Shown: positions 49,772 to 62,120, counted from the stretch's first letter. The stretch is 64,000 nucleotides of DNA from Candidatus Eiseniibacteriota bacterium (GCA_963783375.1 CAWANH010000029.1:1312001-1376000), one strand, 5' to 3'. Program-made: numbers and translations. Notes: a model not told the origin generated them from the letters alone.

Positions 49772-50323
49772 TCAGGGCCGCTGGAGCGCGGCTTCGACCT
49801 CGTCGCGCCTGAGGCGTCCGGCCAGGACTTCGACCAGGGTGAGGGCGAAGTCCATGGCCGTTCCCGGACCCCGCGAGGTCACCACCGCGCCGTCCACCAC
49901 CACCGGCTCGCTCCTGAGGGTCACCTTCTCGAGGTTCATCTCCTCGAGCACGCCGGGGTAGCCGGTGGCGTTCTTCCCGGCCAGGACGCCGGCCTTGGCG
50001 AGAACCATCGGCGCCGCGCAGATGGCCGCGGTGAACTTCCCCGACTTCGCCATCTCGCGGAGCAGGGAACCGACGCGCTCGTCGCCGGCCAGGCGCTCGG
50101 CGCCCGGCCCGCCTCCGGGAAGGGCCACCATGTCGAAGTCCTGGTGGAGGACCTCGTCCAGGAGCACGTCGGGAAGAAGAACCGTCCCCCGGCTGGCCCG
50201 GATCGGGCCTTCGGCGAGTCCGGCCGCGACGACCTCGATCCCCGCCCGGCGGAGGAGATCGATCACGGTGACGGCTTCGAGTTCTTCGCATCCTTCGGCG
50301 AGGGGTACCAGTACGCGAGGCAT
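49772..50323 (-). CDS. yajL: DJ-1/PfpI family protein (YajL/ThiJ)
   Basis: GCEELEAVTVIDLLRRAG, LPGG, AAICAAP, TSRGPGTA. Confidence 0.9.
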   Translation of the reverse strand: MPRVLVPLAEGCEELEAVTVIDLLRRAGIEVVAAGLAEGPIRASRGTVLLPDVLLDEVLHQDFDMVALPGGGPGAERLAGDERVGSLLREMAKSGKFTAAICAAPMVLAKAGVLAGKNATGYPGVLEEMNLEKVTLRSEPVVVDGAVVTSRGPGTAMDFALTLVEVLAGRLRRDEVEAALQRP

Positions 50324-50503
50324 GGGAGTTCCTTTCGATAGCGACAACGCACCCTCTACCAGAGTACCACCGCCGCGGCCCGGGTTTGAGCGCCACCCGG
50401 CGACGGGCCCGCCCGGGCTCCCGCGCGCCGCCCGCCACGCTCCGGGAATCCCCCGCCGGCGCCCTTGAGTCCCCCCCCCCGCATCTGACACGCTTCCCCC
50501 GCC

Positions 50504-51411
50504 ATGCCCGAACTCCCCGACGTCGTCGTCTACCTCGAGGCCCTCCGCCCCCGCATCCTGGGGGAGCGGCTCGAACGGGTCCGGATCGCGAGCCCGTTTC
50601 TGCTCCGGAGCGTGGAGCCGCCCGTCGCCCAGGCCGAGGGGCGGGCGGTGACCGGGCTCCGCCGCCTCGGGAAACGGATCGTGATCGCGCTCGAGGGCGA
50701 CGTCTTCCTGGTTCTCCACCTCATGATCGCCGGCCGCCTGCGGTGGCGCGATCCGGGGGCCGTGGTGCCGCGAAGGCTCGGCCTGGCCGCCTTCGACTTC
50801 CCCGCCGGCGCCCTGCTCCTCACCGAGGCGGGAACCCGGAAGCGCGCCTCGCTCCACGTGGTGCGGGGCGCCGGCGCGCTGCGCCGCCTTCGATCGCGGC
50901 GGCCTCGAGGTGCCCGAAAGCACCCGCGCGGCCTTCGCCGAGGCCCTCACCCGGGAGAACCACACCCTGAAGCGGGCGCTGACCGACCCGCGGCTCCTGA
51001 GCGGCATCGGCAACGCCTACTCCGACGAGATCCTCCACCGGGCGCGGCTCTCCCCCATGAAGCTCACCTCGAAGCTGGACGACGACGAGACGACCCGTCT
51101 CTGGGGGGCGGCGCGCGAGGTGCTCCTCGAGTGGACGGATCGCCTCCGCGCCGAGGCCGGGACGCGGTTCCCCGAGAAGGTGACCGCGTTCCGCGAGGGG
51201 ATGGCCGTCCACGGCCGCTTCCGAAAGCCCTGCCCGGTGTGCGGGACCGCGGTCCAGCGGATCGTCTACGCCCGGAACGAGTGCAACTACTGCCCGCGCT
51301 GCCAGACCGGGGGGCGGGTGCTGGCCGACCGGTCGCTCTCCAGGCTCTTGAAGAAGCGACTGGCCGCGGCGGATCGAGGATCTGGAGGAGGGGCGGAAGG
51401 CGGCGGAGTGA
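50504..51411 (+). CDS. Fpg/Nei family DNA glycosylase; frameshifts near 50890 and 51357
   Basis: MPELP N-terminus, [27 protein letters not shown] zinc finger. Confidence 0.88.
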
Positions 51412-51523
51412 CGCGTTCCCGAGGCGGGGAGCGGGCCCCGGGATTCCGGAGGAGGCGCGGGAGGCGCCGGAGTGACCCGGGCGCGGCGGAATCGCGGGAC
51501 CGGCGCGGCGACGGCCCGGCTTC

Positions 51524-53431
51524 TCAACCCCGCCGGGTGTGGACGGACTGCTCGATGTAGAGCTTCTCCGGGTAGGGGTCGGTCGGACCGACCCGCCGGC
51601 CCCGGATGAAGACCTCGGGGGGCGCGGCGAACCGGACCGCTTCGACGGCCACGGACGCCACCAGGACGCCTCCGGCCAGAAGCGCGGCCCAGCGCCTCGG
51701 GCGCGTGGAGCGCGCGAGCAGCCATCGGTCCACGGCCACCGCGGCCAGGACGAAGAGCGCCGGCGCCATGGTGGCCCCGATCCGCGCGTACCCGAAGAAG
51801 AAAACCACGGTGATCGCCTTGGCGGCGAGGAAGAGCACCCAGGGAACGATCGCCGCCGCGCGCCGCCCCGCGACGATCCCCGCCGCCGCCGCGGCCAGGG
51901 CCAGGATCCTCCAGACCGCGGCCGTCCCTCCCCCGCGGGGCACGGTGAGGTCCACCGGCTTTCGCGCGCCGTCCATCCCCACCGGGAACCCGTAGCCGGT
52001 GAATCCCAGGGACGCTCCGGCCCACGCCTGGTCGAGCTTCCGTCCCACCAGGTCCAGCCACTCTCCGGGGTGGCTCCGGATCCAGCGCCATCCCAAGGCG
52101 TAACCCCGGTTGATCGCCTCCAGGTGCGGGGGGTAGGCGAGGGAGAGCCGGTCGACCGGAGGAAACCCCGCGATGAGCCGCTTGGGGTAGCGGTCCGCGC
52201 CCCCGGCCAGGGGAGGCGGAGTTTCCATGACCTCCCGGGAGAACCCGCCTCCCCCCTCGGGGCGGTTGGCCAGGTAGAAGTTCAGCGGACCGTAGAGGGT
52301 GAGGAACGGCGCCGGATTGAAAGGCCGGGGGCGACAGCCGAAGGCATCGTCGAGGATCCGGAAGTCCTCGGCGCGGATCTCCTTCCCCCCGCGATAGACC
52401 ACGGTCCCGACCACGAAGGCGCTCCAGTAGTCCCGAGCGAATCCGGGGAGCTTCGCCGCCTCCGCGCGCGCCTCCGGAGTCCAGGGAAGGTCCCTCGTCG
52501 CCCCCAGCACCACCTTCGCCACCTCGTCGATCTCCGGGTCCAGCTCCACCGTCCGGGTGTTGAACCGGTGGACGGTCCGGATCACGTGCGCCTCCCAGGG
52601 GAGGACGGCGAGCGCGAAGAACGCCGCCGCGAAGGCCCCCCGGGCGGCGATCCTCGCCGCGCCCGGTCCCCGCCCTCGTTCGCTCTCGCCCCCGCGACCG
52701 CCTTCGCCCCCGCCTTCGTCCCCACGCTCGCGCTCGCGGCGCGACCAATAGACGGCCAGGAAGACACCGCAGAACAGAACGTAAAGCACGTGCTCCACCC
52801 GGAAGAGACAGGTGAGGCCCGAAAGCGCCCCCCACGCCCCCAGGGACACCGGGCCGGGTCGGCGGGCCGCTCTCTCCAGCACGGCGATTCCCAGGGCGGT
52901 GAGGACCAGGTACGGGGTCTCGTTGTTGAGGGAGGTGGAGAGCACCAGCATGGCCGCGGCCGGGACCAGGGCCGCACCGGCCAGAATCGCCGTCCGGAAC
53001 CCGAACCAGCGCCGGGCGGCCAGGAAGAAGAGCGGCGGGACCAGGGCCCCGAGTCCCACCATGGCGAGCTTCGCCCCGGTGAAGCCGGCGTCCCCTCCCG
53101 GCCAGACGAGCGCGGTGAGCCAGGCCATCCCCGGAGGGTGCATGGGGAGCCCCCACTCGAAGGGGCGGTGCTCGTGCATGGCCCGGGCGAACTCGACCCA
53201 CTTCGGTGCGTCCCCCTTGTACCAGGCGGAATAGGCCCACGCGGCGTCGGGGGTCGCCCGCCAGAAGAGGAACCGCACCAGGAACGCGGACGCGAAGAGC
53301 AACGCCGCCGCCCCGGCGATCCACCCGCGACCCCCCTCCGCCGCGCCGGATCGACCCTCACGCGCGTCCGGCGCGGGGGATCGCGCGCGGCCCCCGTTCT
53401 TCGCCGGGACCGGGGGCCGCCGTCCCCTCAT
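51524..53431 (-). CDS. GT-C (ArnT/PMT-like) integral membrane protein
   Basis: GD loop, HPPG, many TM helices, GPLNFYLAN loop; ATG overlaps upstream stop. Confidence 0.65.
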   Translation of the reverse strand: MRGRRPPVPAKNGGRARSPAPDAREGRSGAAEGGRGWIAGAAALLFASAFLVRFLFWRATPDAAWAYSAWYKGDAPKWVEFARAMHEHRPFEWGLPMHPPGMAWLTALVWPGGDAGFTGAKLAMVGLGALVPPLFFLAARRWFGFRTAILAGAALVPAAAMLVLSTSLNNETPYLVLTALGIAVLERAARRPGPVSLGAWGALSGLTCLFRVEHVLYVLFCGVFLAVYWSRRERERGDEGGGEGGRGGESERGRGPGAARIAARGAFAAAFFALAVLPWEAHVIRTVHRFNTRTVELDPEIDEVAKVVLGATRDLPWTPEARAEAAKLPGFARDYWSAFVVGTVVYRGGKEIRAEDFRILDDAFGCRPRPFNPAPFLTLYGPLNFYLANRPEGGGGFSREVMETPPPLAGGADRYPKRLIAGFPPVDRLSLAYPPHLEAINRGYALGWRWIRSHPGEWLDLVGRKLDQAWAGASLGFTGYGFPVGMDGARKPVDLTVPRGGGTAAVWRILALAAAAAGIVAGRRAAAIVPWVLFLAAKAITVVFFFGYARIGATMAPALFVLAAVAVDRWLLARSTRPRRWAALLAGGVLVASVAVEAVRFAAPPEVFIRGRRVGPTDPYPEKLYIEQSVHTRRG

Positions 53432-55871
53432 CGATCCCGGTCCCGCCCCCGCGCCCCGTTCCGCCGGTAGGCCTGATAGGCCGACACCACCCGCTCGGCT
53501 CCGGCGCCGTCCCCGCAATCCACCCGGAGACCCGCCCCCACTCCCGCGGTTCCCTCGCCCCCGTTCAGATCGAGGGTATCGGTCGGGAAGGTGAAGCTCA
53601 CCGTGCGACTTCCGGCGGCGGTGAGTCGTACCTCGGCATTTTGGGCCGGCGCGTCGAAGAAAAACGCGCGCACCATGATGCGGACCTCTCCGGGAGCGTC
53701 CTCCGGGGTCCAGCTCAGGATGACCTTCACGGTAACGCTTCCCCCCGGGCTCACGTCGGGAGGAAAGGCATGGGAGGGAAGCTCCAGGCGAAGCTCCCCC
53801 GCCTTGCATCCGCCCGAGGCCGTGGTGCGGGTGAGGGGCACGCCGGCGGCGATGAAGCGGGCCGCGCGATGGACGGCCCCGGTGTCCGCCGCCGCTCCGG
53901 TCCCCGCCGCCTCCTCGTCCCCCGGCGCGGTGACCGTCGGAGCGGGGGGCTCTTCGTCTTCGGAGACCGGCCCGGAGACGGACGCGTAGTCCCCGGAGTC
54001 GCCCCACGCCGGGTTCCCCGCGCCGGAGTCGGGCGGAGCCAGGATCCCCGCGGTCTCGGCGGTGGGAGCCAGATCGAGCACCAGGTCCACGCCCCGCCGC
54101 TCGGGGCCGAGGACGGTGAGACGGGTCGAGGCGGCGGCGTCCAGCCGGATCGTCCTGACGGTGAGCGCCTCGTTCTGGGCCGCCTGCACGATGAGCCGAT
54201 AGGCGCCGTCGATCCCCGTGATCGACCGGGCCACGGTGCCGCGAACGGTGCCGGCGGTCACCTCGGCCCCGCGCACCGGGATGCGGGAGCCGCGGTGGTA
54301 GACGCGCCCCAACACCACGAACGGTTCGGGAGCCGGGTTGAGCTGGAAACGGCGATCGGCGAGAAGGCGGGTGGGCAGGACCCCGGTCTCGGTCACCGCC
54401 TGGTAGCCGGCGAGGCTCACCGTGCCCCGGTAGACCCGTCCCGGAGCCCCGGGGAACGCCACCCCGAAGCGGCCCCGGGCATCGGTCCGGTCCGAGGCGG
54501 GTTCCCCCCCGCGGCGAAGGTGACCGAAGCTCCGCTCAGGGGACCCCTGGTGCGGGCGTCCATCACCCATCCCGCCACGTAGGCGTGGTTCTCGTGAAGC
54601 GCGGCCAGGCTCTCGGCGCGGGCGGCGAAACCGGGATCGAGCAGGGCGCGGGCGCGGAAGGTTGCGGGGGGAAGGTTCAAGGCCTCGGCCAGGGGGCGCG
54701 CGCACCCGAGGGCGGCGAAGAGCGCCCGGTCCCGCGCCCCCCATCGCCGGAGTCGGGCCTGGAGGGTATCGGCCCGGACCGACGCTTCGGGGCCCACCCT
54801 CCCGGCGTCCCCGGCGAACGCCGCCGCGTCGCCGGGGGGAGACGGAACGAGGAGCCGGCGGTAGCGCCGGACCGTCTCCGCCCGGTCGCGGGGGACCAGG
54901 AATCCCTCGCGAGTGGCGGGATCGAACAGGAACACGTCGGCCGCGGACTCCCAAGCCGGGGCTTCGATCCGTGGGTACGCGGAGGCGAAGAGGAAGTCGC
55001 GGCAGTCGGCCAATCCCTCACGCCCGGCGGCGGCCCGAAGAAAGGCGCGGCGGGCGCCGTCCCAGCGGCCGGGGTCGCCGCAGAGGGGCTCGCGGGGAAA
55101 TCGAGCCGAGGCCTCGACCAAGCGCTCACCGGCGGCGGCGTAGAGCGCGGCCGCCTCGTCCCAGGTCTCGCCCCAGAGCACCAGGGCGGCGGAGCGCGGA
55201 AGGGCCTCCCGGACCGGGTCGAGCCGTCGCCGGCCGATGCGGAAGAGCTCCGCCGGGCGCCGGATGACCGCGGGGAGTTCGCCGTCGGGGGCGGCGGGAT
55301 CAAGGCCGCGGGCCAGGTCCGCCAGGTCGCCCGCGTCGGGGGCGGTCTTCTGGAGCGCCTCCAGCCCGGCAGCCAGCGCGGCCACGGTGTCGGGGAAGCC
55401 GTTCGATTCGAGACGGTCGAGGGCGCGGACGAACGCGCCCAGCCGGTCCGCGGCGCCGTCCTCGTCCCATCCGAGGGCCCGCCGCGCGTCGGCCAGCCGG
55501 CGGGTGGAGTCGGGGTCGGCGGCGATCGACCGGTAGGTTTCGTACTCGGTCCGGAACACGGTGAGCTTACGGGCGGTCCGGTCAAGGGCCCGGGTCCAGG
55601 CCGCCCAGTCGGAGCGGGTCGCATCCATGGCCCGGTGCCAGGCGTCCAGATCGGCGGCGGCGGAGTCGGTGGCGGACCGGGCCGGCGATGCCGCGGGCGT
55701 CCCCGCCGGCGAGGCGGAGTCGACGGAGGCGGACGGCCGGGGCGCGGACGGACCCCCCGACGTCGCCTCGGCCGCGCCGGCCAGGGCCGCCCCGATGAGG
55801 ACCGCGATCATCGTCGCCCGCAACCGGAACCACCTCCTTCGCCCCGCGCTCCGGGAGGGGGCGCGAGGCAT
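53428..55871 (-). CDS. Exported hypothetical protein with two carboxypeptidase-regulatory-like domains; frameshift near 54505
   Basis: VAGWVMDARTRGPLSGASVT joined to TDARGRF; LGRVY..PVRGAEV..TGIDGAY; break lies in a G homopolymer. Confidence 0.6.
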
Positions 55872-56068
55872 GACGTCCACGAGCCCGCCCCTTCGGGGCG
55901 GAACCAGGAGACCACGACTCCGCGGGGGGGGGAAAGGGAAAAGAGCCGGGCGGAGGCGAGGGTGCTTTGCGTGTTGCCCCGGCGTTTCCCGCACTGCAGT
56001 ATGGAGGGCGGCCCCCCCCGCGGACCGCCGGCCCGCGCTCTTATCCCCCAACCGAGGAGGCATCCCCG

Positions 56069-56770
56069 TTGTCCTATCACATGGATCGTATCTCGAGCCC
56101 GTGGGCCGGGTTCCCGGCCCACGCATTTCTGGCCGCCACGTTCCTGGCCGTCTCCCTGGTCTGGCTCCCCGGCGCCGCGCAGGCCGCCGCCGTATCCGCG
56201 GAATTCAATCCCTCCTCCGGGAACTCCAGCTACGGGGGTTTCGGGAAGGACGGCTCGATCGACAGCCGGGCGCAGATCTTCCTGGCCACGGTCGGAGGCC
56301 GGGTGGACAGCGTGTCGCTCCGGGTGTCCCGCGACGTGGAGAACGCCGGCGACCTGGTGATCGCGATCGCCGAGGCGGACACCGGCGGGCTTCCCACCGG
56401 CGATCCTCTCGGGAGCATCACCGTCCCCGAGGCGGAGGTCCAGCTCAACACCTACGCCCTCCAGACCTTCTCCTTCGGGGACACCGGCCCGCTGCTGGTG
56501 GCGGGACGGAAATACGCCATCGTGGTCACCCCGGTCACCCTGAACCCCGACACCTCGCCGTTCGGCCTGAACGGGGCGAACCACGAGAGCGTCGACTACC
56601 CGGACGGGAACTCGGCCTACCGGCTCGGGGCCGGCGCGGCCTGGAACTACACCGACATCACCAACTACGTCTTCCGGGTCGTCGTGGACGAGACCACCCC
56701 GGTGGAGCGGACGAGCTGGGGCGGGGTGAAGCGGCGCTTCGGCGGAACTCCCGGGTCCCCTGCTCCCTGA
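56069..56770 (+). CDS. Secreted beta-sandwich protein (choice-of-anchor R/DUF4082-like) with TWG-type tail
   Basis: GAGGAGG RBS with TTG; signal peptide; AQIF..VDSVSL..LVAGRKYAIVV; ends TPVERTSWGGVKRRF. Confidence 0.75.
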   Translation: MSYHMDRISSPWAGFPAHAFLAATFLAVSLVWLPGAAQAAAVSAEFNPSSGNSSYGGFGKDGSIDSRAQIFLATVGGRVDSVSLRVSRDVENAGDLVIAIAEADTGGLPTGDPLGSITVPEAEVQLNTYALQTFSFGDTGPLLVAGRKYAIVVTPVTLNPDTSPFGLNGANHESVDYPDGNSAYRLGAGAAWNYTDITNYVFRVVVDETTPVERTSWGGVKRRFGGTPGSPAP

Positions 56771-56922
56771 TCCGAGCCCTCGGAGGGGCGGACACCGGGA
56801 GCCGGGCGGGCGATGCCACCGACGGTCGGCTGCCGGCCACCGATGCCGATGGGCCCGGACCGGCCCCGGCCCGGGAGCGGCGAGCCCCCGGGCCGGCACG
56901 GATCGCGGAAAGACCGCCCCGA

Positions 56923-57531
56923 TCACATGGTCCGGGTGTAGGCGATCTCCATCATCTTGAATTCCTTGCCGTCGGGCCCCTTGTCGTACATCACGAACGT
57001 GTGATGGTCCTTGTCGGTCCAGGTGTCCACCACCCGGTAGGTGCGGTTCTTACCGCTGATCGGGTCCGGGCTCTCCGCGGTGAAGGTGTACACCTTCCCC
57101 GCCTCGTCGGCGGTGCCCCGCGAGATCATGAACCCGGTGCCCATGTTGTCCCACCACACGTTTTGGTACTGCTGGTTCAGATTGTCGTAGCCGGTGATGC
57201 TCATGCCGTTGAAGGGCTGGCCCATGTAATCGCCGTGGGTGCTCTCCGTCAGGTACCGCCCGCCCAGGACCATCTCCCGCTCGGACGTGCCGCTCGATTC
57301 CACCGGCGGCGCGCCCGGGGCCATCCACATCGTGTTGGTGAAGGTCCACTTCCCGGCCGACTCGGCCAGCAACTTGTGGGGCGCTCCGGGGGTGGCGAAG
57401 GCCATCCACTTCTGCATGGCCTCCTGCTCTTCCGGGGACATCTTCTGCTGCTCCTGGGCCAGGGCGCCGGAGGCGAAAGCCAGGGCCGCGGCCAAGGCGA
57501 GCAATCCGATCAGATACCGCCGTGCCTTCAT
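56923..57531 (-). CDS. DUF1579 family exported protein
   Basis: TPGAPHKLL..GKW, LGGRYL, GYDN..WWDNMGT. Confidence 0.85.
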   Translation of the reverse strand: MKARRYLIGLLALAAALAFASGALAQEQQKMSPEEQEAMQKWMAFATPGAPHKLLAESAGKWTFTNTMWMAPGAPPVESSGTSEREMVLGGRYLTESTHGDYMGQPFNGMSITGYDNLNQQYQNVWWDNMGTGFMISRGTADEAGKVYTFTAESPDPISGKNRTYRVVDTWTDKDHHTFVMYDKGPDGKEFKMMEIAYTRTM

Positions 57532-57714
57532 GAGATTCGATCTCCTTTCGGGACGTTGCGCGGGGGGGTTCGGGTGAAGTCTGGCTCGGTCCTCCGGGCG
57601 GATCGCGCCGGGGACCGAGGTGCGGGAGAGGCTATCAGATACGAAGAAAAAGGCAAATACCATGAATCCCGGCCCCATCCAGGGCCGGGATCCAACAAAA
57701 CGGCCGCCCGCCGG

Positions 57715-59293
57715 CTAGTCCCCGAACTTGATCCCCTGGGCCAGGGGCAGCTCGGTGCTCCAGTTCACGGTGTTGGTCTGGCGGCGCATGTAGGCCTTCC
57801 AGGCGTCGGAGCCCGACTCGCGCCCGCCGCCGGTCTCCTTCTCGCCGCCGAAGGCGCCGCCGATCTCCGCCCCGCTGGTCCCGATGTTGACGTTGGCGAT
57901 CCCGCAGTCGCTCCCGCGATGGGAGAGGAAGTACTCCGCCTCGCGGACGCTGTCGGTGAAGATGGCCGAGGAGAGCCCCTGGGGCACGTCGTTGTGGATG
58001 CGGAGGGCGTCGGCGATCTCCTCCACCGCCTTCCGGCCGGTCCGAGTCCTTCTTCCCGTACCCGATGATGTAGAGAATGGGGGCGAAGGTCTCCTCCTGG
58101 ACGATGGCGTACTCGTTCTTGACCGAGGCGATGCACGGCTTCACGTAGTGGCCGCCGGGGTAGCCGGGGCCGTCGAGCTTCTCGCCGCCGTAGAGGATCT
58201 TTCCGCCTTCCTCCTTCACCCGCTGGATCGCCTTCTGGAGATCGTTCACCGCGTCGTGGGTGACCAGCGGCCCCATCAGGGTCCCGGCCTCCCGTGGATC
58301 GCCGATCGGGATCCCCTGGTAGGCCTTGACCAGCCGGGTCTCCAGCTCCTCGCGGATCGACTCGTGGACGAGAATTCGCCGGGTGCTGGTGCAGCGCTGG
58401 CCCGCGGTGCCCACCGCGCCGAAGAGGATCGCCGGGAGCGCCAGTTCCAGGTTGGCGCTGGGGGTCACGATGATGGCGTTGTTCCCGCCCAGCTCCAGGA
58501 TGGTCCGCCCCAGACGCTCTCCCACCACCGAACCCACCCGGTAGCCCATCCGACAGCTGCCGGTGGCCGAGATGAGCGGCACCCGCTTGTCGTGGAGCAT
58601 GCGGTCGCCGACCGTCGATCCCTTACCGATGGTGAGCGAGAAAACCGCGGGATCGACCCCGTTCTCCTTGCACACCTGCTCGGCGATCCGGGTGCAGGCG
58701 ATGGCGGTGAGCGGCGTCTTCGACGCCGGCTTCCACACCACGCTGTCGCCGCACACCGCGGCCAGGGCGGTGTTCCAGCTCCACACCGCCACCGGGAAGT
58801 TGAAGGCGCTGATCACCCCCACCACCCCCAGCGGGTGCCACTGCTCGAACATCCGGTGGTCCGGGCGCTCGGACGGCATGGTGAGGCCGTAGAGCTGCCG
58901 GGAGAGGCCGACCGCGAAGTCGCAGATGTCGATCATCTCCTGGACCTCGCCCTTTCCCTCGGGGAGGATCTTTCCCATCTCCAACGTCACCAGCGCGGCC
59001 AGATCGTCCTTCATCTCCCGGAGCCGGTTCCCCAGCTGGCGCACCACCTCGCCCCGCTTGGGACCGGGGACCTTCCGCCACTCCAGGAACGCCCGATGGG
59101 CGCGTTCCACGATCCGGTCGTACTCCTCCTCGGTCACCTGCTCGACCACGGCGATCCGGGAGCCGTCGATGGGGGTGATCACCTCGAGTTCCGGGCCCGA
59201 TCCCATCCACTCCCCACAAAACCCGCCCGGGTTCTTCTCGCCGATCCCCAGCTTCTTCAGAAATTCATGCGTCGCGGTCGTCGTCGTTGCCAT
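57715..59293 (-). CDS. amaB: ALDH7 / piperideine-6-carboxylate dehydrogenase; frameshift near 58030
   Basis: [71 protein letters not shown]. Confidence 0.9.
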
Positions 59294-59533
59294 TGTTCCA
59301 CCCATGATCGTGCCGGTGCGTTCAGGCGCGCCCCTTGCGCGCCCTGAACGGCCCGGACTCGTGATTGAAAAGCCGGTGTGCGCGGGGTCCAAGGCCTCGC
59401 CGCCGGCCCCCGCCGTTCCTGAACCGGAAAGCTTACCACGGGGTCGGAAGGCGGGGCAGGCCGCGGACGGGGACGGGCGCGCCGGCCGCGGAACCCGGGT
59501 TGGAGGACGGGCGGCGGGCGGGGACGGGAGCGG

Positions 59534-60844
59534 CTACTTCAGCGCCAGCCGCATCACCCGCGGGTCGAGGAACTTCGCGTCCTCGGGGAGCGAGCCGTCC
59601 TTGGCGAACTTGCTCCACTGGCTGTCGGCCACGTAGATGAACGCGCTCCCCCGCACCTGACCCAGGGTCGGCTCGTCCCAGTCCGGGAGCGCGGCGGCCA
59701 GGACCGTCACCGAACGGACCCGGGTCCGGTCGTCGTTCAGGGCCACCTCCACGATCCGGTGGGGGCGGATGCCGTTCTGGACCGCGATCAGCCGTCCCCG
59801 GTGGATGTCGAGCCCGTCGACTCCAAGGAGGGTGGCGTTGGGGGGGCAGTCCAGGAGGAGCACGTCCCTGGATCGCATGTCGATCCGGAAGATGCCGTTT
59901 CCGTAGTCGGCGGCGAAGAGATAGCGTCCGTCCGCCGACACGCAAAGACCCTGGAGGGAACCGAAGACCGGGTCGCCCTTGAAGATCTCCAGGGTGTCGG
60001 CCCCGGCCCGGTGCACGTAGATCTCGCCCCGCACGCTGTCGGTGAGGTAGACCGCGCCCCGGGGGCCGAGACAGAGATCGCCGAACCAGTAGGGCTTCTC
60101 GCTCGCCGGGGGAACGAACCGCCCGGTCACCTTTCCCGAGGCCGGATCGAAGGCCACCAGCGCCGCCTTCCCCATCTCCGCCTCGGTCGTCCCTTCCCCG
60201 TTCACGCACGCGGTGGTGGTCACCCAGAGAACGTTTCGCGCGGGATCGACGCGCATGCCCATGACCGACCAGAGCCCGTCCTCGCGGTCGGCAAAGGGCT
60301 CGGCCTTCCCGTCCCGCACCCGGACGATGGTCCGCCGGTGCACGCTCCCCAGGAAGTACGCGCCCGACGCCGGGTCGTAGGTCACCCCTTCGGGGATGAA
60401 GCCGGTCGCGGGGACGGTGAACACGGTCGCGCCGTCGCCGTGGGGCTTCCCGTTCCCCTGGAGCTGCTTGGTCGCCTCCACGAACTGCGGGTCCATGAGG
60501 AGGGAGGCGAAGTCGGGGTCGGCCACCGGGTCCACGTAGACCCCCATCTCGATCAGGCGGCCGAGCGCGCCCAGCGAGGCCTCGGCCTGGCCGTTCAGCG
60601 CGTAGGCCGCGGCGAGGTTGTAGACCAGGGTGGGATGGTTCGGCCTGAGATCCGACGCCTCCTTGAAGAACCGGGCCGAAGCCGGGTAGTCGTGGCGGTC
60701 GTGGGCGGCCAGGCCCTGGCGGGCCAGGTCCCGGGACTGCTGGACGGGGTCCTTCTCCCGGGTCACGGTCTGGGCCGGGGCCCGAGAAACCGCCAGGACT
60801 CCCGCGGCCAGGATAGGCACGAGACAGGCGACGATTCGTTTCAT
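59534..60844 (-). CDS. Exported TPR + SMP-30/gluconolactonase-like beta-propeller protein
   Basis: Signal peptide; YNLAAAYAL; IPEGVTYD, GVDGL, VQNG. Confidence 0.75.
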   Translation of the reverse strand: MKRIVACLVPILAAGVLAVSRAPAQTVTREKDPVQQSRDLARQGLAAHDRHDYPASARFFKEASDLRPNHPTLVYNLAAAYALNGQAEASLGALGRLIEMGVYVDPVADPDFASLLMDPQFVEATKQLQGNGKPHGDGATVFTVPATGFIPEGVTYDPASGAYFLGSVHRRTIVRVRDGKAEPFADREDGLWSVMGMRVDPARNVLWVTTTACVNGEGTTEAEMGKAALVAFDPASGKVTGRFVPPASEKPYWFGDLCLGPRGAVYLTDSVRGEIYVHRAGADTLEIFKGDPVFGSLQGLCVSADGRYLFAADYGNGIFRIDMRSRDVLLLDCPPNATLLGVDGLDIHRGRLIAVQNGIRPHRIVEVALNDDRTRVRSVTVLAAALPDWDEPTLGQVRGSAFIYVADSQWSKFAKDGSLPEDAKFLDPRVMRLALK

Positions 60845-60970
60845 GGCCCCCCCTTCCGAATGTGACGACGGGCTCGGGAAACTCCGGGGATCACGGGGAT
60901 GATAGCAGCCCGGGCGGCGCGTCGCCGGGGGCGGGCGGGCGCTTCCTACCGGTGGACTACCCCCGTGCGC

Positions 60971-61819
60971 TCACCGCCCGACCGAAGCCACCGACGCCGC
61001 CCCCGCCGGGCGGGCAAAGGTGAGGGGTCCGTAGACCGCGGATGCCTCGGAGCGGGTGTTGTCGCTGTCCGTGTAGACCCCCACCGCCTTGACCGGGTCG
61101 GCCTCGCCGCCGAACACCCGCCGGTAGTCGGCGGCCAGATCGCGATCCTCGACTCTCCATCCCGCGGCCTCCCCGGATCGAACCACCAGGATCCGGATCT
61201 CCCCGGAGAAGGTGCTCTTCATGATCGTCTCGGCGGGAACGTCGCGGCTCCAGACGTACATGATCGCCCGGAGCTTCCAGGGAAGGATGGATTTCCGGTA
61301 GAGCACCACCACCGCGGCGGCGCGGTCGTCGGCTTCCTTCCGGCGGAGGTCGGCGCCCCGGGGAAACGTGTTCACCTGCCAGGACCAGGTGAGGTGAAGG
61401 GCGTCGGTGGGAATCGGGGCGATCTCGCGATAGAGGATCGAGCCGTCGGCGCGGGAGTCGGCGGCCAGGCAGGCCTTCCGTCCCATCTCGACCACCCGGT
61501 AGCGGGTGTGGCCGTGAATGACGTGTTCCTTCCAGCCCGCGTCCGGTTCGCGACCGCGAGCCGAAGCGAGGGAGACCGGAGCGCGACTCCACTCGAGAAC
61601 CCGGAGCGGGGTCAGGCGCCGCGCACAGGGGAGAGGCCCGGCGCCCACGCCGGCCGGCGCCGGGCCGGGTGAACGGGGGGAAGCGCAATCGGCCGTCCGG
61701 TAGCCCGCCCCGGCGGGCGGATCGCCCGGTGGCCGGGTCTGGGCCCGGGAGGAGGAGGCGCCGGGGGTGAGGAGCAGGGCGGCGAGGACAGCGGAGAAGG
61801 CGAGGGAGTCGGATTTCAT
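60971..61819 (-). CDS. DUF3047 family exported protein
   Basis: LTWSWQV, DDRAA, YVWS, RDLAADYRRVFG, TDSDNT. Confidence 0.85.
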   Translation of the reverse strand: MKSDSLAFSAVLAALLLTPGASSSRAQTRPPGDPPAGAGYRTADCASPRSPGPAPAGVGAGPLPCARRLTPLRVLEWSRAPVSLASARGREPDAGWKEHVIHGHTRYRVVEMGRKACLAADSRADGSILYREIAPIPTDALHLTWSWQVNTFPRGADLRRKEADDRAAAVVVLYRKSILPWKLRAIMYVWSRDVPAETIMKSTFSGEIRILVVRSGEAAGWRVEDRDLAADYRRVFGGEADPVKAVGVYTDSDNTRSEASAVYGPLTFARPAGAASVASVGR

Positions 61820-62120
61820 GCGGCGTCTCCAGCCCAGGTGAGTGCCTGCGCACGACCCGGGACGGGACGCGCGGCGCGACCGACGTATCGCCGGGCCGGC
61901 ACCGCGCCGCGGTCCGACTGAGGGGTTCGGAGATGAACGCCGATGGGGCTTATACCCGACCGCTACGGTCGGAGTTCCCGGAACCGCCCGGTGGGTCACC
62001 CGGACGAGGCTCCGGGCCGTCCGGCGCCCCTCCCCCGGACACCGGCCACGGAGGCGTGGAGGCCGGCGCGACCGGGTCACGAACCCGCTGCGGCGGCGGA
62101 CATCCGACCGTCGAGTCGGG

